The position numbers and the translations under genes are program-made. DNA of 60,111 nt, filler included, from Fonticula-like sp. SCN 57-25 (taxonomy: Eukaryota), in the NCBI GenBank assembly GCA_001724245.1. It is 10 parts of 10 records of this genome, joined end to end, with 100 filler letters (N's around TTAATTAATTAA, not from the genome) between each part and the next. Parts side by side here need not be neighbours in the genome. Positions count along the whole stretch, not along the records: positions 35,204 to 40,779 come from MEDX01000676.1; positions 40,880 to 45,881 come from MEDX01000677.1; positions 45,982 to 51,481 come from MEDX01000678.1; 7 more parts are not named here. One strand, written 5' to 3'. Positions 37,082-48,537 of the stretch are shown in pieces. Numbering within the stretch: the stretch's first letter is position 1; each line of letters starts with the position of its first letter. The notes below the pieces were generated by a model. That model was not told the origin of the DNA. It was given only the letters and a program-made list of their open reading frames with translations, and did no database searches.

Positions 37082-40000
37082 ATGCTGTCGCTGCGAGTGC
37101 GGGCCGCTGCCCTCGCGCCATCCCGCCGCGCGCACCTCGCCATCGCCGTGACTCCGTCTAAGAATGACTGGGAAACGCCCGGGGACGAGCTTCGTTCAAG
37201 GTACGATGCCGTCATTGTCGGCGGCGGCCACAATGGCCTTGTAGCGGTACGGCCCTTGATGCCCTGCATCCTGCCCGCTAATGTGCGTCACAGGCGTGCT
37301 ACCTTGCCAAGGCCGGCAAGTCCGTCTGCGTCCTCGAGCGCCGTCACGTCATTGGCGGCGCCGCCGTCACCGAAGAGATCGTCCCCGGCTACAAATTCAG
37401 CCGCGCCTCTTACCTCCTGAGCCTCTTTCGCCAGAGCATCATTGACGAGCTCGATCTCAAGCAGGTCGGATTCCGCGTTCATCTCCGTGATCCCTCCTCC
37501 TTTACTCCCCTTCGCGATGGCAGCGGCTACTTACTTTTAGGCTCTGATGCGGCCCTCAATCACGCCGAGATCAGCAAGTTTTCCCGCAAGGATGCCGACG
37601 CCTACGCATCCTACGAGACGATGCTGGGCCGCATCGCCGCCGCGATGGACCCGCTGCTCGACAGCGCGCCGCCTTCCCTGTCGGGCTCGCTCGCCTCGCA
37701 GGTGCGCGCGGGGATCCCGCTCGCGCGATTCGCCTCGCAGCTCGGTCGCGACATTCCAGATGCGCTGCGGATCATGACGGCGCCGGCCGCGCAGATCCTG
37801 AACGAGCACTTTGAGAGCGACGTGCTCAAGGCGACATTGGCGACGGACGCAGTGATTGGTGCATTTGTCGGGCCAGAGACACCGGGCAGCGCGTACGCAG
37901 AGGAGCGGAAAGGGACAAGGAAACGGACAAGGATAGGGGCAAGGGATAGAGAAGGAGTAGGGGATAGTGGGTATTGAATCTCATTCCCGCCATCATTCAA
38001 TGACGTAATGATGTATGCTGATGATGTCATATGTGTTAATGGTGTGAATATGCCTTGTACATTGACCATGTATCATGTGTATCATGTATCATTACCATGT
38101 CACAAGTACCATACCCATGTATGATCATCATGGATTGTATCATGTATCATTACCATGTACCATATATCATACTCATGTATCATGTATCATGTATCATAGC
38201 ATCATTCTTCTATCTTTCTCACTCCCTTCCTCTCTTTTAGTTATGTCCTCTTCCATCACGTGATGGGCAACCTCGAAGGCCGCCGCGGCGCCTGGGGCTA
38301 CGTCCAAGGCGGCATGGGCGCCCTTTCACTCGGCATGGGCGCCCTTTCACTCGCCCTCGCCCGCAGAGCAAAGTCACTCGGTGTCCACGTGGCCATCAAT
38401 GCCCCTGTCAGCCGCATCCATCTCGACAATAATCACGTGACTGCTGTTGAATTATCCTCTAGTGGTAATGTCTCTAGTGGTAGTGTGTCTGGTCGTTCGA
38501 TAGAGACAAAGTTGGCCATGTCGAATGCGACGCCTCACGTGACCTTTAAAGAGTTGCTTGATGCTGATAGGGTGGATAGTTTGAAAGGGTTAAATAGGGC
38601 GATTGGGGCGATTGATTATGGGTCTGCTACGATGAAGATTAATGTGGCTGTGAGGGGGTTGCCGGTGTTTAGGGCGCTTTCAGGGGGGGGGATGTATAGG
38701 GGGGCATATGAGGGGATGGCGAAAGGTACGAAGAAAATATAATGGGTAGTATGGGTATGAGTATGAGTATGATGTGTAGTATGAGTATGAGTATCATGAG
38801 TATGAGTATCATGAGTATGAGTATGAGTATGAGTATTGGTATGAGTATGAATATGAGTATGAGTATGAATATGGGTATGAGTATGAGAATGAGTATGAGT
38901 ATGAGTATCATTGATGAGTATCAGTATCATTGATGAGTATCATTGATGACCATAAGTATCATTGATGAGTATGAGTATCATTGATGAGTGTTATGGTGAT
39001 GAACATGATCATGAATAATGATCATTGACTATCATGATGAGTATCATTGAGTATCATGAGTATTATGAGTATCATGTATCATTGAGTATCATTGAGTATC
39101 AATTGACACATGTTACATATATTATATGATATTCCTCTCTCTTCATCTACTAACCCTCCTTCTCTTCCCTTAGGTACTCCCCCTAATCACCCCCTTCCAC
39201 ACCACCAATGCACAACACACTTTGAAGAACACGTGGACGAAATCCAATCTGCCTATGTAGACGCACTATCTGGATGCCCCTCAAGTAAACCTGTTATTGA
39301 AATGTGTGTGCCTTCTGTATTGGATAGGACAATTGCACCTGAGGGTGACCACGTGGTCAATCTGTTTGTGCAGTATGCGCCGTATAGGCTGGCCAATGGG
39401 AGGTCGTGGGATGACGAGAAGGAGGCATACGCCGATAAGGGTACAAAGGGAGAAAGGGAATGGGAACTGGTCACGTGAGAGTATGTGTCACGTGATAGTA
39501 GTCATGTGATAATAGTCATGTTTATGTTTATTATTGTTCATGTCATGGTGCATGTGCTTATGGTGTCATTTTATGACACTTTTATGTCACTTTATGACAC
39601 TTTTATGTCACTTTATGACACTTTTATGTCACTTTTATGTCACTTTTCACATGTCCCATATGATCATAACATACTACATTCACCATATTCACCCATCTTA
39701 CCCTGTTTCTTCTCTTTTTTCATAGTCTTTTCCATAATTGACTCTTATGCCCCCGGCTTCTCCGCTTCGGTCGTCGGCCGCGACATTCTCAGCCCACTCG
39801 ACCTCGAACGCACTTTTGGACTCACTGGCGGCGTACGATTGTTGCTATTTATAGTATGTTATACTAACCATATGCAATCTGCAAACATATCTACCATCAT
39901 ATCATATCTACAATGTGCCATCATATCATGCATATCTACATACGTATCTACTATCTACAATCATATCATACATATCTACTATCTACAACCATATCTACCA

Positions 40001-40295
40001 TCATATCTACATTCATATCTACAATTATATCTACCATCATATCTACTCTTCTATCTGCTCTACTCTACTACCCACACTAACATATATGCAATCTGCAAAC
40101 TGACTCTAGAACATCTTTCACGGCAGCATGGGCGTCAGTCAGCTCCACGCCCTCCGCCCACACAACACCCTCGCTGGTCACGTGACACCCATAAAAGGCC
40201 TTGCCCTATGTGGCAGTGGGTGTCACCCAGGGGGGGGTGTCATGGGGGCGGCGGGAAGGAATGCGGCAAGGGCGGTCATCGCAGAGGGGTGGTAA
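37082..40295 (+). CDS. PYROXD2: PYROXD2 (phytoene desaturase-like FAD oxidoreductase)
   Basis: [59 protein letters not shown]; several long low-complexity introns. Confidence 0.92.
38750..38910. repeat. (ATGAGT)n microsatellite in intron
   Basis: Tandem atgagt units. Confidence 0.92.
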
Positions 40296-40586
40296 TTGGT
40301 CATGTGATCATGTGGTCATGTGATCATGTGGTCATGTGATCATAGCGGATACTGTATGGTCATACTGTACTATACTGTATGGTCATGGTGTGTTTCATAC
40401 TGTGTACTATACTGTGTTCAATATATGCCCATAGGGTACTCACATGACCCATATTGCCCCATATTATACCATATTATACCATATTGACTCATTACTATGC
40501 CATAATAAACACCTATATTATATAACCTGCAATACATACTCTTCTCTTCCTTCTTCTCTTTCTTCATTTTTGCTCCTTCTTTCCCT

Positions 40587-40779
40587 TTAAACCCGTAGTG
40601 CCTGCACCTTTCCGTCGTACGCCAGTGACACCCAATCCGACTGCGCCGCCGACCACACCAAATAGTTCACCTCCGAGTCCGCCTTGTACTCCAAAATGGG
40701 CTCCTGCATGGTCGCCTTCATCTGGCTAATGTCCCACACGAGCGCGCGGCCGTCGTCGCCCGCCGTGCAAATGTGGCAG
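40587..40779 (-). CDS. DCAF7: DCAF7/WDR68 C-terminus, 5' partial
   Basis: CHICTAGDDGRALVWD...PILEYKA..EVN...W...DW...QALRV*. Confidence 0.85.
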
Positions 40780-40879
40780 NNNNNNNNNNNNNNNNNNNNN
40801 NNNNNNNNNNNNNNNNNNNNNNNTTAATTAATTAANNNNNNNNNNNNNNNNNNNNNNNNNNNNNNNNNNNNNNNNNNNN

Positions 40880-41681
40880 TGACGCCGCGCGCCGCGAGGG
40901 CGTGACGATCACGGGCATCCTCACGACGCACCATCACGCCGACCATGCTGGCGGGAACGAGGAGCTTGTGAGCGATCTTGCTCTCAAGCGCGTCATCGGC
41001 GGCGACGACCGCTGCGATGCCGTCACGGAGGTTGTCGGCGATGGCGCCGTGATCGAGGTGCGTCCTTGTATCACCCCAATGGTTCACTAAAGCAAATCCC
41101 AGCTTGGCCAAACGCGGATCCGGTGCCTGGCGACGCCATGCCACACGAGCAGCAGCATCTCGTACTACATTGACGGCACTGGCTCGCACGATCCCATTGT
41201 CTTTACTGGTGACACGCTCTTTGTCGCGGGGTGCGGTCGCTTCTTTGAGGGCACTGCCGAGCAGATGCTGAACAACATGCGGCGCGTGTACGGCTCGCTG
41301 CCGCCGGCCACGCGCGTCTACCCCGGCCACGAGTACACCGTTGCCAACCTTCACGTGCGCAATATTGGTCGGTTTAGTATCCATATTGAGCTATTATTTT
41401 ACAGTTTGCCGCGCATGTCGAGCCTGAGAATGCCGACATTCGCCAGGCGCTCTCCAACGCGATCGCTCAGCGCAAAAGGAAAGAAGCCACAGTGCCGTCG
41501 TCGCTGCAAACAGAGGCGAAGATTAACCCCTTTATGCGCCTCGAGTACGAATAGGCTTTGTTGTTTTGCGGGGCTAACAGTACTTAGATCGTCCGAGGCG
41601 ATCCGCAAGGCGACCAACAAGGAGCTTCCGGTGGAGATCATGCAGGCGCTTCGCGCTATGAAGAACGAGTTTAAGCTGTAA
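40880..41681 (+). CDS. HAGH: Hydroxyacylglutathione hydrolase (glyoxalase II), 5' partial
   Basis: THHHADHAGGN, TPCHT, FTGDTLFVAGCGRFFEG, GHEYT, NPFMR. Confidence 0.92.
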
Positions 41682-41833
41682 GTAAACGCAATGAAATAAT
41701 GTAACGCATATGTCAGAATACATGTATAGCTTTATAGCAATGCATAGACAGTGCATAGAGAGCATATAAACGCTTTGCTATGATTGCCTGATTCTGTCTG
41801 ATTTCGCCTGATCGGCCCCGAGTGCTGACGACG

Positions 41834-42282
41834 ATGAACAATGGTGCGCAGCTGATGATTCCGCGTGCTGAGCCTACCTCTGGTGTCGCAGCAGCAGCAA
41901 TGGCGGCGGCCATTCGCGAGGACATGACAGCCGAGCAGTTGCTAGTACGATTGCGCTACTCTTTGTTCCAGTGCTGACATGCCCCCGCAGATGGACCAGC
42001 TGCGCGGCAAGCAGCAGGAAACGCTGCACGCGGCAAAGTTGTTAAGCGAGCATCAGCCCAATGGTACGCCGCGTTTCTCTTTGTAACAACGCTAACGCAT
42101 TAATAGAGCGGATGTGGCTCTGCCTTGGTGATCTCTTTGTCAAGCTCCCACAGCCGACGGCCGGCGCGCTGATCCGCAGCGATCTGGATCAGCTCGGCCT
42201 CGAGGCGGCCAACATTGCGCGGTCCATCGAGAGCAAGCGCCAGACTCTTCGCCAGCTTTCTGCCTCGCCCTCTATGAGGTAG
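41834..42282 (+). CDS. PDRG1: PDRG1-like prefoldin subunit
   Basis: Coil-beta hairpin-coil with WLCLGDLFVKLP; two short introns. Confidence 0.65.
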
Positions 42283-42381
42283 CCCTTTTTGTGTACACTA
42301 TAATGTAAAACAGCCCTGTCATAGTCTGCTATTCTATTGAACATGCCATCCACTAAAGGCCTCGTGGCGCACGATCCCTGC

Positions 42382-43888
42382 CTAGTGATCACCCGCGCCG
42401 GGGCAGTCGTGGATGGTGGGCTGGAGCGTGTTGTCCGCGTCCCCCTCGGACTGCATCTGGCGCGCGACGTCCTCGGCCCCCTCGAGGGCGCGGAGCACGT
42501 TGCCACCGAGGATCTTGCCAATGTCCTCGTCGCTGTAGTTGCGGCGGAGGAGCTCGGCCACGAGCACCGGGTACGTGGAAACATCGCCGAGGTCCTTGGG
42601 GAGCGACGTGACGCCGTCATAGTCGGCGCCGAGACCAATGTAGTCGATGCCAGCGACGTCGCGGATGTGGTCAATGTGATCGGCGAGATCAGCAGACGTG
42701 CAGTTGGCGTTCGACTCGACGCAGCACACAAACTTGGTCGCAAAGTTGACCATCACGACACCGCCATTCTCGGCAACGCGAACAAGCACATCATCGGGCT
42801 ACGTGCACAGTCAGCAATTGATACAGAAAGGCGGAGAAAAATGGGAGAATATGCGAAAATACAACAAAAAAGTGGACAGGAAAACACGTACCACATTGCG
42901 CGCATGATCGCAGACGCTAAAGGCAGAGCTGTGGCTAAAGATGATGGGCGCGCGGGCAACGTCCAGGACGTCGTGCATGGCCTTGGCGGACACGTGGGAG
43001 ATGTCAACAAACATGCCGATGCGGTTCATCTCGAGGACGACGCTGCGGCCAAAGTCGGTCAGGCCGTTGTGCTCGCCTTCAAGCGTGCTCGAGTCGACCC
43101 TGGAAAAGTGTTAAGAGAAAAAAAAACAAAATATGAGGGCGGTGTACCAGGACGTGTGGCAGTTGTGGCTATAAAACGGGTTAGTATGCGAGCGGAACCG
43201 AAAGAGGCGAGCGTACGTGAGCGTCATGTAGCGAGCGCCAAGGTCATACATCTGAAAGAAAGCCTTAGTATTCAACAAGACTCGATCATACTACTGTACC
43301 ATGCGAAGGGTGGCGAGCGAGTTGTCGATCGAGTGGCCGCCCTCCATGCCCATCAGCGAGGCGATGCGGCCGTTGGCGTAGGCAGCGCGCACATCGGCGG
43401 CGGTGTACGCAATTTGGAACGTCTAGGAATATACTCAGCTTTCGCCATTCTGACCAACAATGCGTACATCAGAGTACTGGGCGACAAAGCGCTTGGTAAC
43501 GTCGATCTGGTCCATGGTCTGGCGGACGTGGTCGGACCACGCGTTGTAGTTGGTGTTGCACGGGACGTAGACGCTCCAGAACTGGCCACCAACGCCGCCC
43601 TCAATAAGGCGCGGGATGTCCGTGTGGAGCGACGGCTGCGGCGCATAGAGGTCCACATTGTCGAGCTGATTGCGGTACTGGATCAGCAGCTGCCACGGCA
43701 GATCATTGTGGCCGTCTATCAAAAAGTTGTCGGCGACGAGCCGGCGCGCACGCGACATGACATCCTCGCTGCACGCGTGTCAGGACACGTTTCATAGTTA
43801 ATAGAGGGGCGTACTGGACAGTAATGGGGCGGGAGAGGACCCCGGCGGAGACCGCCAGCACCGCCAGCAACACACCCGCGGCACGCAT
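42382..43888 (-). CDS. Membrane dipeptidase (M19)
   Basis: Signal peptide; [49 protein letters not shown]. Confidence 0.92.
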
Positions 43889-43947
43889 TTCCTTGTTTGG
43901 CGTTAGGTGTGGAGGGTGATCCGATTTAGTCCCCNAGGGTCGACGCG

Positions 43948-45402
43948 ATGATGCCGCCCGGCGGCCACGGGCGATGGCGGCCGGCGCGCGTGGTTACGCA
44001 GTCCCTGTTGCTCTCCATGTTGATGATCGTTATCATGGTTGGGCTACTGAGTCCGTCGAACGAGGTCGTGGTAACACGCGATGTTGTTTTTGCGAGCCCT
44101 GGACCGGCGGGGACGCTCGGGCCAAGCCCTACGGCCACTTCCGGCCCGCCCAAGTCTGCCACGCCGCTAAAGTGCGGCATGTCGGTAGAAGGCCTTGATG
44201 AAGAGACGATCGAGGCGCTTGTATTTCTAGAGACGGCCATGATCGAGCGTCAGGATCGGTTCTTGACCAACCCGCAAAGCCCGGAATCCAAGTTTGTTAT
44301 GTTTCACTGCGATGGGCGGCACCGATCGCGTGGCGGGCTGGGCGATCGCATGGTGGGCCTGATGGACGCGTTTGCCTTTGCGGTTGTACTTGAGCGCGCC
44401 TTGATAATCAGCTGGGATCAGTACACCCCGCTGTCGCGGTACCTTCGCCCAAATGTACTGTGGTGGGATTCGACGTTCTTTGACCAGGGCGCCTTTGATG
44501 GCGAAGAGGACATCTTTGACTGCTACGACGTCTGCACTCTCGGCCTGTGGCACGAATCGATAGAGTTTTCCGGCCGTCTTCTTCACATTGAGAGCAACTT
44601 GCCGTTCGCCGGCGCGATCTATGACAACCCGCATCCGAACAATGCAAAGTACCGCATGGATCTGCTGAATGGCAAGCACGGCCTCGTGTTCCGCTTCATG
44701 TTTCACCTGCTCTTCAAGCTCTCCCCCGAGATGCACGACGTGTTTGCGCCGTTCGCGCGCGTTCTTCACCCGCCCGATCGCACACACACTGTTATTGGCG
44801 TGCACGTCCGAACGGGCGGCATGGGCGCGTGGCAGGACCCGTCCTTTGGCAACGAGGAGCTGTACGACGTGTACAAGCAGTACGCCGTGATGCTGTACAA
44901 CACCGTACCCGGTCTGAACGCGCGGCCGCTGCGCTTCATGGTCATTACCGATTCGGCCGAGCTGCTCGAGGAGGCGCGCTTCGCCGATCGCACGATCATG
45001 TCGTCCGACTCGACCGGCCTCCCAATCACGCACATTGACCGTCCCGGGCCCGACACGTTTGAGTGGTCCGCCCGCGCGTTCTTGGATGTGTTCCTGCTCG
45101 CCAGCGCCGACGCGCTCGTCATCTCGCGCAGCGGCTTTAGCGAGCACGCGTCCGCGCTCTCGTGCGCGCCGACGGTCGCCATGCTCACGCCCATGAACCC
45201 GAGCCGCGAGTTTGCGGGTGACGAGGGGCGCGTTCTTACAAGGGGGCTCTGCACGCCGCTTCCCGACAGGGAGGAGGGGCACCTGTCCAACTTGGACCCA
45301 GGGCAGTACGGCGACAGCCTCATGACGTTCAAGGAGGCGAAAGAGGCGGCTCAGGCGGGCAGGAATGTGTTTGCCCCGGGGGCGCTAAAGTACGTGGGCT
45401 AG
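43948..45402 (+). CDS. Type II membrane fucosyltransferase-like glycosyltransferase (GT11/23/37-like)
   Basis: N-terminal TM; GGLGDR, IGVHVRTG, DVFLL...SGFS motifs; intronless. Confidence 0.7.
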   Translation: MMPPGGHGRWRPARVVTQSLLLSMLMIVIMVGLLSPSNEVVVTRDVVFASPGPAGTLGPSPTATSGPPKSATPLKCGMSVEGLDEETIEALVFLETAMIERQDRFLTNPQSPESKFVMFHCDGRHRSRGGLGDRMVGLMDAFAFAVVLERALIISWDQYTPLSRYLRPNVLWWDSTFFDQGAFDGEEDIFDCYDVCTLGLWHESIEFSGRLLHIESNLPFAGAIYDNPHPNNAKYRMDLLNGKHGLVFRFMFHLLFKLSPEMHDVFAPFARVLHPPDRTHTVIGVHVRTGGMGAWQDPSFGNEELYDVYKQYAVMLYNTVPGLNARPLRFMVITDSAELLEEARFADRTIMSSDSTGLPITHIDRPGPDTFEWSARAFLDVFLLASADALVISRSGFSEHASALSCAPTVAMLTPMNPSREFAGDEGRVLTRGLCTPLPDREEGHLSNLDPGQYGDSLMTFKEAKEAAQAGRNVFAPGALKYVG

Positions 45403-45761
45403 TGTGACGCGATCGTAGCTCGATCTCGCATTGTTGTATTTCTAGATGTACATACGTTTCTTGTTTTCCTGTCAGTTCTGGTGCATTGAATAAACAGTTT
45501 GCAGTACCCCGTGCATCACTCTGCTTTTGCTCACACTAGCCAAAGCTGCTTAAACGGCGCCATGGGCACTTATACCCGCAATACTAGCCCACGAAATCTG
45601 CCCCGGAATCTGCCTAGACTAGACCGCCGAGGCCAGAACAGCGCCATCCGAGTGCGGAACAGCGCCGACCAATCACGTTGTAGGACATTGATCGCGTCAC
45701 ATGATCCGAATGACGTTACATGCAAGCGGGAGCCCAGTTCTTCCTTTCCTCGGCGACCACC

Positions 45762-45881
45762 ATGCAGCGCGCTGTTGTCGGCATCCTGCTGATCGCCCTC
45801 GCGGCTCCCGCGTTCGCCGCGTTCAGCAACCACTATTCCTACTATCCCGGCGATGCGTCCTGCCAGGGCCTCCCGGCGACC
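45762..45881 (+). CDS. Secreted protein, N-terminal fragment
   Basis: MQRAVVGILLIALAAPAFA signal peptide. Confidence 0.55.
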
Positions 45882-45981
45882 NNNNNNNNNNNNNNNNNNN
45901 NNNNNNNNNNNNNNNNNNNNNNNNNTTAATTAATTAANNNNNNNNNNNNNNNNNNNNNNNNNNNNNNNNNNNNNNNNNNNN

Positions 45982-46653
45982 CGGCAAGTCGTCTTTCTAT
46001 GAACGGCACCTGAAGGCAGCTGGATATGTCCACGTGAATCAGGATACATTAAAGTCACGTGATCAGTGTGTGGCTGCGGTCAGACGTGCTATTTCGGCCG
46101 GGAAAAGCGCAGTCGTCGGTACGAAGAAATATTATTATTGTTATTGTGATATTGTTGTGTGATTATAGAGGGTTTTGTGTTGTTAATGTATGGTTATTGT
46201 GTCATTTTTGTGTCATTTTTGGTTACTTTTCATTCATTTTTGGTCATTTTTCATTCATTTTTGTGTCATTTTGTGTCATTTTTCATTCATTTTTCACTCA
46301 TTTTCTCCACTTTTTCTCACTTTTCCCACTCTTCCCCACTCCTCTCAGATAATACAAACCCGAGTGAAGATCTGCGCGCCCTCTACATCTCCCTCGCCCG
46401 CTCCCTCAACATCCCCACTCGCTGCTTCCATTTCCAAGCCACTGAAGACCAAGCACGCCACATGAACATTTACCGTGAACTTGTATCAAATGGTGTGCGT
46501 AAGCGTGTGCCTGCATTGGCGTATGCGAGTTACAAGTCGAGATTTCAGAGGCCGCAGGTGTCGGAAGGGTTTAAAGAGATAAAGATGATTAATTTTGTGC
46601 CAGAGTTTAAGACAGAGGGGGAAAAGAAGCTTTTTATGCAATACTTGCTGTAA
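45982..46653 (+). CDS. PNKP: PNKP kinase domain, 5' partial
   Basis: GKSSF...YVHVNQDTL...V|DNTNP...P.VSEGF. Confidence 0.88.
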
Positions 46654-47040
46654 TAACATTGAATAATATGGAATAATATGCGTAATATCAGGGTCATATC
46701 ATTTATGGAATAAGGTAAATATAAGGATAATATGGTGAGAATATGTATGGAATACTCTATAGAAGATAGTATGGTCATATCATTAGGATACTCTATTGAC
46801 TATCAGAGGCAATATCATACATACAAAACATGATCTTGTTATCAACTAGTCCATAATGGGTAATCTTATCATAGCAGATAGAGGTGTGCTATTCTATATC
46901 ATAGGCAATATCACTGTGATATTCTTTTTAATATCTATGGAATATCATTTATCACTGTGATACTCTATGGAATATCATATATCACTGTGATACTCTATGG
47001 AATATCAATTATTGTGATACACTTTTCCCAATAAAGCGCT

Positions 47041-48385
47041 TCAACTGCTGTCACAGCCATGTGACATNAGCTTGCTTACCGCCTCACTAACAGCACGACA
47101 AACCGCCCTCGTGACGTCATCAGTCGACGCCTCCCCCCCAATGTCACGTGTCCTTACACCACTTTCAAGAACACGTGACACAGATTGTTCGATTAAACGC
47201 GCCTTTTCGGGCTCGTTAAACGCATCGAGCAGCATGGCGCCCGACAGGATGGCGGCCACGGGGTTGGCGACGCCCTTGCCTTCAATGTCGGGGGCGCTGC
47301 CGTGGACGGGCTCGCCCATAAAGTGGCGGTCGCCGGTGTTGAGGCTGGGGACGAGGCCGAGGCTGCCGACGAGGGCGGCGGCGGCGTCACTAGAAAAAGG
47401 GTGAGTAGGGCTAAAAGGGAAGGAAAGGGGGAGGAAAGGGAAGAAAAGGGGCTGAAAAGTAACAAAAAGTGGCTCAAAAGTAACTGAAAAAACACCAAAA
47501 AGTAACAAAAAGTCATCAAAAAGTATCAAAAAGTCATCAAAAAGTCATCAAAAAGTATCAAGAATGCAACTTGTGCATCAACAACAATACCCTCACTCTA
47601 ATTACACTCAAATTTTCACTCAAGTATGACCATAAAACATCCACTACGTACGAGATGATGTCGCCGTAGAGGTTGGGCGCGACGACGACGTCAAAGTGGG
47701 TCGGCTCGCGGAACAGCCTGTAGATCATTGCGTCGACGAGCTGCTCCTCTGTGCGGACATCCGGAAACTGCTTGGCGACATCGAGCGCCGACTCTCTAAA
47801 CAGCCCGTCGGTGACGCTGAGCACGTTTGCCTTGTGCACGATCGTGACGAGGCTCGGACGACCGAGCTTTTGGGCGCGCTGCTGGGCGATCGTGTAGGCG
47901 GTGCGGGCGATGCGCGTGGATGCGCGCTCGGTGATGACGCGCGTGGCGGTTGCGCGCTTGGAGCCGTCCGCCGCCTTGCCCATTTCTTCCTGCTTGACGT
48001 AGAGGCACTCTGTGTTTTCGCGGATCGTCACCATGTCGAAGCGCTTGGCGGCATCCCGCACGGGGCGCACGTTGGCGTACAGATCAAGCTCCTTGCGGAG
48101 GCGGACGATCGGCGACGAGTAGCCTTCAACGCGGTGCGAGGGGGAGCTCACGGCGCCGAAAAAGCTGCCGTGGCACTGCGTCTTGAGCGTGCTAACGGTC
48201 ACGTCGGGGAGCGCAGTGCCCGTGCGCTGGAACAGCTCAAAGCCGGCCTCGAGCGGGATGTAGTCAAAGGGGGCATTCGCGGCCTTGAGCACGGCGATCG
48301 CAGCAGGGACGACTTCCTTGCCAATGCCGTCGCCGGGAATGACGCCAATAACATAGCGGCCGCCCTTGGTTGCCGCGCGCTGCAT
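47041..48385 (-). CDS. LYS12: Homoisocitrate dehydrogenase (beta-decarboxylating dehydrogenase family)
   Basis: [59 protein letters not shown]. Confidence 0.82.
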
Positions 48386-48537
48386 GATGGCCGAAAGATC
48401 AACGCAGAGCTCCGCTGGATCCCCGCAAAACCCGGCGCAAAACCGGACCGAAGCGATGAAAAATACGTGAAAATTCGATCGTACGTCACGTGATTTGATC
48501 AGTTTGCAGTTTGCGTAGCACACGTGGAGGAGCAAGG

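Noticed and set aside
38616-38933. His-Thr, Met-Ser, Ile-Leu and YLSI repeat ORFs (also 5-541, 571-1011, 39485-40339)
   Set aside because: Translations of intronic microsatellites
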